Below the pieces are notes generated by a model. The model had not been told where the DNA came from, did not search any database, and saw nothing but the letters and a program-made list of their open reading frames with translations. A DNA stretch of 64,000 nucleotides from Octopus vulgaris (taxonomy: Eukaryota), in the NCBI GenBank assembly GCA_951406725.2, contig OX597815.1, positions 104,470,001-104,534,000 of the forward strand, in the 5' to 3' direction. The stretch's first letter is position 1; each line of letters opens with the position of its first letter. The position numbers were made by a program, and so were the translations under genes. Positions 12,060-24,280 of the stretch are shown piece by piece.

Positions 12060-12732
12060 ATCAGCCGCATTTGGATGGTGCTCTTTACGTGTCACCGGCA
12101 TGGGTTTCACATATACAATTTCCATTTAATTTTCATTTTGATATTGATGTACTTGACTCAATAAGTCTCCTCAAGCACTGCAGGTCGCCCTGCGATCCAA
12201 AGTACTTTTGAATAGGCTGGGGCTGGTTATGTGAAACTGGTGTAGCATACAACCATGAACTCACTTTATTTGCTGGGTCTTCACAGTCACAGCATATCTC
12301 CAGAGGTCTCGGTCTTTCATCATTGCCTCTGTGAGGTCCAACGTTTGAAGGTCATGCTTCACTACCTCGTTCCATGTCTTTCTGGGTCTACTTCTACCCT
12401 GGATTCCTTCTACTGTTTGGGAGTGGCACTTTTTCACATAGCTCTCCTCATCCAACTGTAAGTACATGACCATACTAGCGCAAACGTCTTTCTTGCACGC
12501 CACATCCGATGCTTCTTATGTCCAACTTTTCTCTCAGGGTGCTTACACTCTGTCGTATGCTAGCTTCATTTCTTTCAAGCCTATGCATGTCCTCCACAGT
12601 CACGGCCCAGGTTTCACAGCTGTGAAGCATGGCAGTTCACACATTTGTCGTACAATCTACCTTTCACTCTGAGCGAGAGGCCCTTTGTCACCAGTAGGGG
12701 TAGAAGCTTTCTAAACTTTGCCCAGGCTATTC

Positions 12733-12733
<1 letters not shown>
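12060..12733 (-). mobile_element. 5'-truncated RTE LINE
   Basis: GRSRPRKTWNEVVKHDL..DRDLWR; aligns to 7100-7845. Confidence 0.9.
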
Positions 12734-12768
<35 letters not shown>

Positions 12769-12944
12769 TATATATCATCATCATCATCATCATCGTTTAG
12801 CGTCCGCTTTCCATGCTAGCATGGGTTGGACTATATATATATATATATGTATCTGTGTGTGTAATATATATATAATATATATGTAATATGTACAAGACAA
12901 AAAAATTGAACATGATAACACTTATTATTGTTGTTGTTATTGTG

Positions 12945-13145
12945 AAGGTGTGTGCCCTAGTGGCTTGGGTGTTGCACTCACAATTGTTAGATCATTGGTT
13001 CGGTTCCTGGCCCTAGTGATGCATTGTGTTCTTGAGCAAAACCCTTCATTTCACAATGCTGTGTAATCATTTTGATATTTGACTTGTGCATCTGTACAGG
13101 CAATGTCAATTTGATAGAGGGAGTGAGCCAATGTACAGCACATAC
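12945..13145 (+). mobile_element. tRNA-derived SINE (decayed)
   Basis: gccctagtggc A box, ggttcggttcc B box, cttgagcaaaaccctt core-like segment. Confidence 0.6.
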
Positions 13146-13189
13146 AAACCCATACATACCCATACATACCATCATATGTATATATATAT

Positions 13190-13824
13190 GCTACAATTCA
13201 ACACAAAAACGATTCATTGTTGTGATAATGAAGTAGCATAATGCAGGGTACCAAACGTTGCTGTTTCTGATTTTCATAGACATGTGAAACCCACTTATCC
13301 AATTTTTTCACTTTACTGATTTGAACTCAATATTGAGTCAATATTGTTTGCTTGCTAACACCAAACAGCAACACTAATTCACAGACACTTTGAGATGGAT
13401 CTGACTCAGCAGTGGCTTTCAGTTCATCATTATCCACTTTAGTTTCTGGTCAACCACGTTGCTCATTTGTGAAGTCAAAGTTACCAGAACTAAATTTTGC
13501 AAACCAATTTGATACTGTCTGCTGTGTAATAGCATTAGAATGAAATACTCCATTAATGTTCCTAGCTGTTGTGATGCTGTATTTCCAAGAAAGAACTCAT
13601 ATTTCAAAATTGTACGAATTTCTGATTTATCCATCTCTAAACAAAAATAGCAAAAAACGATTTATAAATACTTTATAAAATGAAGAATGAGTTAGAATAA
13701 AGAAATAGATGTGTCAGCTTTCTAACAAAAGATAAAGGTTGTCAAAATATAATTATGGCGCAAAATGAGCAGCTGTCAAAGTCAACCATATACCTTACTG
13801 CAAACTTCGTACTTAACGACCTAA
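13190..13824 (-). mobile_element. Mariner 5' half (TIR plus N-terminal transposase)
   Basis: TA-ttaggtcgttaagtacgaag TIR at 13824; MDKSEIRTILKYEF..; later ESFLC*IV (PFLxRIVT-like). Confidence 0.85.
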
Positions 13825-13846
13825 TATATATATATATATATAAAAT

Positions 13847-14300
13847 ATACTAAGTAATTAAGGGTTTAGCAACGATTTGCCTCACCACACACCGAGTTTA
13901 GAAATAGCAGTCAAAGAGTTATAGCTATTCCTTCTACTAAAAGGGAGATCTCAGTAAAACCACAGCACTTGAAAGGCAAACGCAGGCAAGAGAGAAAGAA
14001 ATGACGACAATCATACAATATTAAGTCACTGATTGTCGTCATTTCTTTCTCTCTTGCCTACGTTTGCCTTTCAAGTGCTGTGGTTTTACTGAGATCTCCC
14101 TTTTAGTAGAAGGAATAGCTATAACTCTTTGACTGCTATTTCTAAACTCGGTGTGTGGTGAGGCAAATCGTTGCTAAACCCTTAATTACTTAGTATTACT
14201 TAAACTTTCCTCGAATGGGGCTTTTACATGCCGAAATCTACTTGGTGAAATTAATGATTATTCCAAATTAATTGATTTCACCCTATATTATTACTGATAT
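13847..14300 (+). repeat. Near-perfect 167-bp inverted repeat (13847-14013 and 14030-14196) plus tail; PLE-like fold-back
   Basis: One mismatch between arms, 16-nt spacer; 3' end aattgatttcaccctatatta resembles the end of the 7855 element; (TA)n flanks. Confidence 0.85.
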
Positions 14301-14959
14301 ATATAAAATATATATATATTATATAATATATATGTATATATATATTATATATATTACATATATATATTCAGTTGCATGCTAATACATGCAACTGAAGCTG
14401 CGATCGCAGGTTGCATCTGGGCATCGGGCCGAAAAACAGTGTTTGGTAGCCACTGCATCTTTGCAGCATCGCCGCTATTTGCCACCGGCACCTGCTCAGT
14501 CGGTCTAGGGTAGCGCATCTGCACTTGCACCCCACTGTTCGCAACAATAAGGTCGGCCTTCTGCATTGGCTGCAGTGCAAATATTAGACTGAGACATAAT
14601 GCATCTAAAATTACATTCTTCTATGTGTCCTTCTTATCAAGACAAGCAATACTGATTCAAGGGAAATATGGTTGCTATTTCTAGAAGGTCTAGCAACTGT
14701 GTAGAGGCAGCTAAGTTGTCATAAGATATTCCAGATTTACCAGATTTTCTCCATTCTATTCTTATTCTAGAGACTACACTGCCCATATGACAGAAAATTC
14801 GTTTTGGAAATGTGGTCTTCTCTGTTTGCAGACTAGAGAATGAGAAGATGTACAAACTGGCCCATTTCAGATGCGGCTGGACTTGTTCAAGGGGAGGTAC
14901 CTTTTCTCCCTCAGAATGAGCTTTTTTTATTTCTGTTTGTTTTCCCCTCCAAACTGACC

Positions 14960-15347
14960 AGGACTGTGCCGGTGGCACATAAGAGAACCATCCGAACGTG
15001 GCCGTTGCCAGCGCCACCCCGACTGGCTTCCGTGCCATTGGTACATAAAAAGCACCATCCGATCGTGGCCGTTGCCAGCCTCGCCTGGCCTCTGAGCCAG
15101 TGGCACGTAAAAAGCACCATCCGATCGTGGCTGTTTGCCAGCCTTGTCTGGCGCCTGTGCTGGTGCACGTAAAAAGCATCCACTACACTCATGGAGTGGT
15201 TGGCATTAGGAAGGGCATCCAGCCGTAGAAACATTGCCAGATCAGACTGGGCCTGGTGCAGCCTTCTGGCTTCCCAGACCCAAGTTGCACCGTCCAACCC
15301 ATGCCAGCATGGAAAGCAGACACTAAACGATGATGATGATGATGATA
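14960..15347 (+). mobile_element. RTE LINE 3'UTR with ~60-bp repeats and (GAT)n tail
   Basis: ggaagggcatccagccgtagaaac..gtccaacccatgccagcatggaaagcagac..(gat)n. Confidence 0.85.
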
Positions 15348-15959
15348 TAGCTTCTGATGTGTGCTTCTGGTCAACAGATCTGATGAGTCACTTATATTGT
15401 CAAGACTGATGATATGCCATAACCCAAGATATACTACTTGATTATTCACATACAAACATGTATATATATGCCCTCACTGCTATGCTCAAGGTATCACTGC
15501 TCCCACCTACCCCACCATTCACACCCACCCTCTATTTTTCTAACCAGGTTCTACACTCATATTCTTATTACTTGTGAGTATACCCTAGCACTACACCATC
15601 TCTCTTCTACTCTCTCTTACACTTTTGCTGTTCCCTAATCTCTCTTTCTCTCTCTTTTCCTTTGGTCTTTCTTTTTCCCCTTCTCATGTTTTTCTTCTGA
15701 CTAGGGAACCAGATATCACCTTTACATCAGCACATTTGTTTCTGGCCTCTTTCTGTACCTCTCTCTCACTCTCTATCTCCCCCCTCTCTCTCTCACTGTG
15801 TAACCATGTACCTCCTCTATAGCAAGACGCCTCTTTCTGCCTCTGTATTTCTCTGTTATACTCTAACCTTTCATCATTTGATAGTGGATCACTTCCTCTA
15901 ATTCCCCCTCTGTTGTGGAAAGACACCTGCTTCTGTCTCTCTGTCTCTTTGTCACACTC

Positions 15960-16172
15960 TAAAAACATCTTGCCAAAACTAACTTCGCCTGTGCTAGTAC
16001 CATGTAAAAATCACCGAGTCCACCCCATAGAATCGTTAGTGTTAGGAAGGGCATCCAGCCATAAAATCTCTGCCAAAACAGACAAAATAGCCTTGGGTAG
16101 AGTTTCCACCTGGCCAGTAGATGTTCCACCTGCATGCATGGAAGATGGATGTTAAACTATGATGATGATGAT
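15960..16172 (+). mobile_element. RTE-tail-bearing repeat
   Basis: aggaagggcatccagcc..catggaagatggatgttaaac(gat)n. Confidence 0.7.
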
Positions 16173-16174
16173 GC

Positions 16175-16185
16175 TCTATCTATCA

Positions 16186-16252
<67 letters not shown>

Positions 16253-16308
16253 CATCCATCCATCCATCCATCCATCCATCCATCTATTTATCTCTCTCTC
16301 TCTCTCTC

Positions 16309-16356
<48 letters not shown>

Positions 16357-16358
16357 TG

Positions 16359-16389
<31 letters not shown>

Positions 16390-16482
16390 GCATGTGTGTT
16401 TGTGTGTATATATATATATATGTATGTATATATTTATGTATATATATATGTATATATTCATGTATATATATATGCATGTGTT

Positions 16483-16527
<45 letters not shown>

Positions 16528-16600
16528 ATATTTATGTATATATATATGTATATATTCATGTATATATATATGCATGTATATTTATATATATGCATGTGTT

Positions 16601-16647
<47 letters not shown>
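16175..16647. repeat. Compound microsatellite (ATCT/ATCC/CT/TA) with higher-order internal duplication
   Basis: Block gcatgtgtttgtgtg..(ta)n..tgtatgtatatatttatgta..ttcatg repeated about 2.5 times. Confidence 0.9.
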
Positions 16648-16649
<2 letters not shown>

Positions 16650-16778
16650 CCAAAGTTATTCTTGTTGCTTATTTTTGATTATAATCACCCCATGGATTTA
16701 TATGGATAACACCATACAAAAGTCTGGTGCATCTAACTTAAGTACCATATTCATTTGAATCTAAATTTTGCTGAACTT

Positions 16779-18085
16779 CATCATCATCATCATCATCATC
16801 ATCGTTTAACGTCCGCTTTCCATGCTAGCATGGGTTGGACGGTTCAACTGGGGTCTGGCAAGCCCGAAGGCTGCACCAGGCCAGTCAGATCTGGCAGTGT
16901 TTCTACAGCTGGATGCCCTTCCTAACGCCAACCACTCCGAGAGTGTAGTGGGTGATTTTATGTGCCACCGACACAGGTGCCAGACGAGGCTGGCAGACGG
17001 CCACGCTCGGATGGTGTTTTTTATGTGCCACCGACACAGGTGCCAGACGAGGCTGGCTGACGGCCACGCTCGGATGGTGTTTTCTTATGTGTCACCGACA
17101 CAGGTGCCAGACGGGGCTGGCGGACGGCCACGCTCGGATGGTGTTTGTTACGTGCCCTCAGCACGGAGGCCAGTCGTTGCGGTACTGGCTACGATCACGT
17201 TCGGATGGTTTTCTTATGTGCCACTGGCACTGGTACCACAAAGATACAAATTCCCTTGATGTTCATCTATTTTGATTTGGTTCGATTTGATTTGATTTGA
17301 TTCGATTCGATTCTCACTTGCCTCAACAGGTCTTCACAAGTGTCACAAGAAGGAAGGTATGCACAGGTGGACTGACTACGTCCCAGGTAGGGGCCACGGA
17401 TTATGGCTTCACTAGTCTTGCCGGGTCTTCTCACACACAGCATACTTCCATAGGTCTCGGTCTCTAGTCATTTCCATGGTGAGACCTAACGTCCGAAGGT
17501 CGTGCTTCACCACTTCGTCCCAGGTTTTCCTGGGTCTACCTCTTCCACGGGTTCCCTCAACTGCTAGGGATTGGCACTTTCTCACACACCTATCTTCATC
17601 CATTCTCGCCACATGACCATATCAGCGCAATCGTCTCTCTTGCACACAACAACTGATGCTTCTTAGGTACAACATTTCTCTCAAGGTACTAACGCTCTGT
17701 CGAGTAAGTACACTGACATTACACATCCATCGGAGCATACTGGCTTCGTTCCTCACAAGCTTACGCATGTCCTCAGCAGTCACGGCCCATGTTTCACTGC
17801 CATGTAGCATAGCTGTTCGTACACATGCATCATACAGTCTGCCTTTTACTCTGAGCGAGAGGCCTTTAGTCACCAGCAGAGGTAAGAGCTCCCTAAACTT
17901 TGCCCAGGCTATTCTTATTCTAGCAGTTACACTTTCAGCGCACCCGCCCCCACTACTGACTTGGTCACCTAGATAGCGGAAGCTATCAACTACTTCTAGT
18001 TTTTCCCCCCGGAAAGTGACGGAAGTTGTTTTCTGCAGATTTTCGGAGGTCAATGCTCCAGAGCATCTGCCACATACAAAAACTA
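16779..18085 (-). mobile_element. Youngest RTE LINE copy in the window, 5'-truncated, about 1.3 kb
   Basis: ORFs 17622-18053 and 17412-17612 (EVVDSFRYLGD..AWAKFRELLP..GSETW..GRGRPRKTW), CpG-rich, 3'UTR with ~60-bp tandem units, (GAT)n tail. Confidence 0.95.
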
Positions 18086-18133
<48 letters not shown>

Positions 18134-18645
18134 ATATGTATGTTTTCCCTCACTATGGATTTCTATTTAACTATTCTCTCTGACCTTGGATTTACCTTAA
18201 GAATACCCAATCTAATTGGATTTAACTGGATTTCTCCTTCCTGTCTAGATGTAATGACCCACAGTAACTGTCATTGACGAGGAACTTTCTTTCACTGTCA
18301 CATATGTTTAACCTATCTCTCTTCAATTACGGCATTCTTAGCATATGGAGTCTTCATTCAACATGATGTTCCAATAGCTGGGATATCCTAGAAACAGCTG
18401 TCAGAGAATCTTTATTATGTAGCTAAATTAAATGTCCTTGTCAAGTCTTGCCAATTTGTTTGCCTTTCCTTTTCTATTTTAATCAATAACTACTGACTCA
18501 AGGGGAACCCACTTTTAGCTGCTTTGGATAAGGGAGTCACAAAATCACACCTTCAACTATTTGAGCAGTCAGAGCACATAGTTATTAGTTTGAGTCACCC
18601 TGATGAAAACTCATCATATCTTTAATATATATATATATATATATA

Positions 18646-18827
18646 TGATAGATCATTAGCTACTTCACACATTTTTTTCTCTCCTTGTTTTTTTCTGTGT
18701 ATCTTTCTGTAGAAGAGCATAGGCTCGAAACGTAAAAGACTTTTTCTATTTCTGAGCGCTATACTAATACATTTGTTTGTTTGTACACCACCTGCCTTCG
18801 TCTTTTGTTTATTTTCGTAAATTTTCC

Positions 18828-18830
<3 letters not shown>
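18646..18830 (+). mobile_element. PLE-type terminal-repeat fragment in a (TA)n array
   Basis: Contains an HHR-like motif; T-rich tail; bounded by (TA)n on both sides. Confidence 0.7.
18702..18739 (+). ncRNA. Minimal type I hammerhead-like motif with variant core
   Basis: tcttt-CTGTAGA-a-gagc(atag)gctc-GAAA-cg-TA-aaaga; A6 of CUGANGA replaced by U. Confidence 0.6.
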
Positions 18831-18874
<44 letters not shown>

Positions 18875-18876
<2 letters not shown>

Positions 18877-19230
18877 GGGACAAGAACACGAAACATCCAG
18901 ACAACTAGGTGATACAAAAAGGGACAACAAAACATCCAGATGGATGATACAAAAAAACAAGGATGGGTCATTCAAAGCTTTCTATCCTCAGTCAAGAACC
19001 AGATCATCCTTGCAATTTTGGCTGATTAATCTTGAGATTGCTCCAATCTGGCCTGCCCCAAGGAAAGACTAAGTTAAGAGCTTTATATTCCTTGGAAGAA
19101 AGCATCGAATATATACAAAAACAAGGACGGAAAAAAAGACAATGTTAGACAAATATAAATACAATAAGAATAATAATAACAGGACATAACAACAGGTGTC
19201 TTTCGACTGGGGATGAATTGAATTCATCCC
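18875..19230 (-). mobile_element. PLE-like 3' end carrying a rearranged hammerhead (third stem set)
   Basis: 3' terminus gtgttcttgtccca-(ta)n resembles the termini at 9555 and 60890. Confidence 0.65.
18981..19041 (-). ncRNA. Non-circularly permuted hammerhead candidate (GAAA decayed to AAAA)
   Basis: gcaaTC-tcaaga..gcc-AAAA-ttgc..tcttga-CTGAGGA; stems I and III perfect. Confidence 0.65.
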
Positions 19231-19802
19231 AAGAAAAGAAAAAAATAAATAGATAGATAGACAGACAGGTAGATGTATACAGTTGTTTGTGCATGTGGAT
19301 ATAAAATAGATAGTAAATCTCTTTTGTATGTTTACAATTAGGTATTTACTTTCCCCTCATTTGTTCTTTATAACCATTTTAGTAGATGTGTTTGTGAGTG
19401 TGCAATGAGGCTATTTTATTGCTTTAGGTAGAGGTATACTACATGTATTTTAATCAAAACATCAACTTTCTGACTATATTACAATTGAAATATATGATTA
19501 ATCCACAAATGTGGTAATAATTTGTTAATGAAACTGATTTAGGTTATTTAATTTAAATAATTGACATTTATATTCTATGTTAGAACATATAAATTAGATG
19601 GTATAAATTTATTTCTGTAATGAAAAGTATGACCAATAATTAGAAAGAATGAGATAATAGTGAAAATATCAAATGGTTAAATGCAAGCTTTGTCAGCAAG
19701 AAGCAATAAATGCAAAAATATCATATGATAATACATAATAAATTGACTTGTAATACTATCAATATAATTTAGTTCCACCTATTTAACGAAATATCATTTT
19801 CA

Positions 19803-19842
<40 letters not shown>

Positions 19843-22403
19843 TGATAGTTTAATTTAATTTCAATATTATTTAGTTCATATAACCTTACACACACATAAC
19901 AACAAACTTTCATAAATATAAAATAGTAAACTAATTTCATAATCAGTCACAAATTATTGTTAAATTTATAAATTTACTTCTCTTGAAAGACTAAGACTGT
20001 TGTCATATTTTATAAAATGCAAAGGAAAAAAAATGGTGCAATAATTTTGCATAAAAGGTGCTTGTGATAAAGAAAGAAATTTGCTATGCTAAATTATGTT
20101 TTAATGGAAATTTCTCTAAAAGAAATTGTTAATTTTATTTATACCAAATAGAATTAGTTAGCAGAATATATTTACTACTTAATTCTAGTTTTATATTATG
20201 GCTATCTAAATATAATTACCGCCTTTATTATTTCTTCAGATCATATTATTTAATAGAATAAATGGCATTTAAGTAATTCAAAAATATTACAGTAATATTT
20301 GCACATGCTTGATATTTTAAAATATATGTCATAAAGTTTTTTTCCATGCTTCAGTTCAGTTTACAATTTCTTTTTCATTTTTTTTTTTCATTCGACAAAA
20401 ATATTTTAAAATTCTTAATAGTATGGAATATAAATTGAGGACATTTACAAGCAAAAATGAATATGAAAATTACATAAGAAAACATAAAGTGGATTTAATG
20501 AAAGAATGCTGTAAAGTTTGTTATAAATAAAAAAATATATAAGAATCCTGCCATGAATGATAAACAGAAGACAACTTCACATACCTTTCAGCAATTCAGG
20601 AAATTAATGGTCACCAACAATTAGTTCATACAAGGAATGTGTATATAATTTACAAATAGATTATTTGGAGATAGCATAAAGTATTATTTACATATTTAAT
20701 TGATACATACATACGGTATACATACTCATACATATGCGGGTATACAGTTACATATATACATATAAATGCACATATATGTGTATATAAATGTGTGTGTTTA
20801 TATGTATGTATGCATGTATGTGTGTGTGCATGTATGTGTGTGTGTATATATGTATATATATATTTACACACATACATACAAACACGTGGATGCACACACA
20901 CAGGCACACACGCATATTATGCATTTTCAGAATAACGTGTAAAAATATCACTGCAATGAATGACATATCCTTATGTCTTATGATTCACAGCTGAAAAATT
21001 CTTTAACTAATTTGAAACTATATAAAGAGAAAGAAGACAAAAAATTGTATCATGTGATTATTAATCTAACCCATTAGATTCTATGATCAACCATTTATAT
21101 AAGGGATGCCAAATGAACTCTTTGTTGAAGAGCTGTTTGCATACATGTTTTTTCATTTAAAATACCATGCTTTTCATGCTTCTTGATCTGAAGCTTAATT
21201 GTATAGCACATGTACTACTGTCTTGCCTTCTGGATCACACCAAACATATGAAACAGATTTACTATCACAGTGTCCATCATAGTGATGTATGGCTAATATT
21301 TTTAGACAAATAAACAAATGAGAACTTTCTTTAGACAATTAGTAAAATCAAATTTTCAGAAATTCTATATCTAATGCACCTAATGTTTGATTTCAAAAGA
21401 AACATAATTTTGAAATCATTTAGTAAGAATTTAAAATCATCAAACTGCTGTTGCTGGGTATATGAAAAAATATCAGGGAAATAATGTCTAGTATACAATT
21501 TCTAATTAGTATACACTGTGAGATTTTTCTGTGAAGAAACTGAAGCTTATATAAGAACAATATCTCTCTAAATTTAATGAAAAAAATTCACAAATTTAGA
21601 TAAGTTTGAATGCCTTGGAGAGATGAAATAAATGATGTTTGATCACTGCTACTAGTTTTCTCAGAATCTGATTTTTTTTATTAACAAGATAAGATAGCCA
21701 ATGAAATATTTATGAGAGAATTAGAAAATGCAAATTATCAGAATTATCAGAGTGACTGAAATAAACAGAGTAAAGTGTTATATTTACAAAATTGGAGATG
21801 ATACATAAACATAAAATTGAAGATATGATATAAAATTTGATCTTTAATTGTGAATAATAATGAATAAATTTCTACTTTAAATTCCTTCTAGATAGATAGT
21901 TGTTGCAGAAGTAAAATAAAAAAAACAACTGGGATAATGAATAATTTTGTGCATACTTTCAGCAGTCACAAATGTAGATACACAGATATTGTTTTGAGCT
22001 GAGTGGCGGTGCTAGATTCCTTTGTTCGAAAATATAAGGACACAGACCATGTCGTATAGCTAGCTGGAGATGATGTCTCCTGGGGCTAAATTACAGCAAC
22101 ATTCATCCTAAACTAGGACTGCCATGTTATGTTGGCAAACAAACTTTACTACAAAGTATTGTTGCTGAATATCTTACGCGAGATTTTAAAATAGTAATTT
22201 ACAAATGTAGGTGTTTATGAGATCACATGATTGACTTGGAGGTCCTACATAGAACCACACAGCACTGAGTAACAAAGCAACAATATTCAAAGCCCAGTTT
22301 CAGTGGTCTGATAATATCAGTTGCTTGGGCAAAAAATAAGATTTTCTAAGGTGAGGTTAAGTTATAGCAGTTAATCTGTTTAACAGCACAGCCTCACACT
22401 TAC

Positions 22404-22427
22404 ATACCTTTGGTGAAGTTCACTATG
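22404..22427 (-). CDS. Candidate microexon (20 or 24 nt) of an unidentified host gene
   Basis: cttaacctaaatttttgcag|CATAGTGAACTTCACCAAAG|gtat|gtaagt: branch-like site, acceptor and two overlapping donors. Confidence 0.3.
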
Positions 22428-24134
22428 CTGCAAAAATTTAGGTTAAGAAGATAATTTCTTCTCACCAATCTCAGACAGTTGAGGAAATATCATGATCACT
22501 ATCCTTCCTTTCCTGACTAAACCATAAAAATGCCAGACAGATGTACTTGGTTCAGTTTGACCAGAACAATTCATGTGCAAACTGCACTACCCTCATCAAA
22601 AGATGCTGTTGGTGTTTGATTTCTTTAACCACATGCATATCCATTGTTACAAGTCACCTAAAAGGAGGGGGGAATTGAAGGAACAAGAAGAACTAGAAGA
22701 TTAAATAACTATGTGTACAATGTCCTAGCATCAAATTAGCTTATATTTTCTGAGTTATGAATAAAGCCGAGTTCTTATTAAAGAAGTCAGTACCTTTTAT
22801 TTCACATTTAGTATTCATAAAAATGCTATACACACACATACACACACATGCGTGTGTGTGCGTGCACACATGCGTGTGTGTGCGTGCACACACACACACA
22901 CACACTTACACACACGCACATATATATGTACATACATGTATAGTGTATATGGGTGAGTATGCACATGCAAATATTTTAGAAAAGCAAAATTGCTCTCAGA
23001 AACAACTTATGGAATATTAAAATTTCTTTCAAAAGCTTTGGTTAATTTTTCAGTCAATCATCCATTATGCATTTTACTACCAGAGCCATTCTACTCCTTC
23101 AGTTGCATTAAAGTGTAATATTTAATTACTATCATTTTTGCCATCTTTATTTTTTCAAGTGGCTCTCTTTAAATGCATGAAGTGTTTATATTTGAGGGTG
23201 ATACATCACTAATTCAAAGACAGACATACCAAAGTACATAGATATTTTGAAGAGATATTTCAATATATTAACCACAGACATGAAAACAAGGACAACAGCA
23301 GCAACATACTATATTTCAGAAGAGCAAAGGCAATGAGACTGCTTTAAATAACTGACTAAATAAAGTTCAGCAAGAAAATTATTCTGAAGAAATGAGTTTA
23401 AATAATAAAATATCCCCCATTCATACCCAGCACAAAATTAAATACAACAAAATCAAACAATATTATTTAAAAAATTACAAACAGTTACTGAACCTAAAAT
23501 TATATTTGAAAATAAAATTATTCATTGGTTCCTTGATATGGCATTCATTTCACACAAATAGTATTTGCATTCTCTCAAGTTACAACTTGAAGATGTTTTG
23601 TGTAAAGATCAACTGATTGAATATTGTTTATCTCTATTGTTCTCTGTTGTTTGCTAATCATTTCTTTAATAATGAAGCTTGAAAATAATTAAACACCAAG
23701 TAGACTTTCTAAAATTACCTCCTTGACCTTCCATAATAGAATATAATGTAATAATCAAGAGTTGTTGCTCATTAGGCTCTTTCAAAGTCATGATTTACCT
23801 TACATTAATAAAACTTGTTGCTGCATGATAAGGCACCTTTAAAATAGCATACCTTACATACACATGATTAATTCACATAAAGAATGCCAGGTAAAAGAAG
23901 AAAAGAATGTTTAAAGTAGTTTGGATAATGACATGTATAAGTGAAAAAGAAGAAAAGCCAAGAGAAAAATGGCAGAAACCATTCTTTACATTCAGTTTCC
24001 AAATGTAGAGAATAAACTGAATCAGTATACTAGAAATAAATAGCAACTGTGACTATGTAAAAATCTAATATCTTGACTTTGCTATAAACTGAAATATCAT
24101 TACTATTTAAGGCATGTACACAATATAAAGGTTA

Positions 24135-24280
24135 GAGAGTGTAAGCATTGTTGTATGGTTAAGAAGTTCCCTCCACAACCATGGGATTGTTGATTTGATT
24201 TCACCAGCATGGTTTATTTTTCTTCTTTCATTTGGAGGGGATGGGTAAATGTCTTATACTCTAGTCTTGTGTTGACTAAT
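24135..24280 (+). mobile_element. SINE family B, old copy
   Basis: tggttaagaagtt..gggtaaatgtcttatactctag. Confidence 0.5.

Noticed and set aside
15378-15415. CTGATGA-gtc..gac as a hammerhead
   Set aside because: No GAAA after the putative stem II and no stem I or III partner
16134-16758. Long YI/IY/TH-rich ORFs (also near 30.1, 43.3, 45.3, 45.8 and 58.0 kb)
   Set aside because: Translations of (TA)n/(CA)n microsatellites, which lack stop codons
18598-18615. CTGATGA before (TA)n (also at 5094)
   Set aside because: No remaining HHR elements; at best truncated
22050-22086. PRRHHLQLAIR resembling histone H2A PRHLQLAIR
   Set aside because: No flanking H2A similarity; most likely chance
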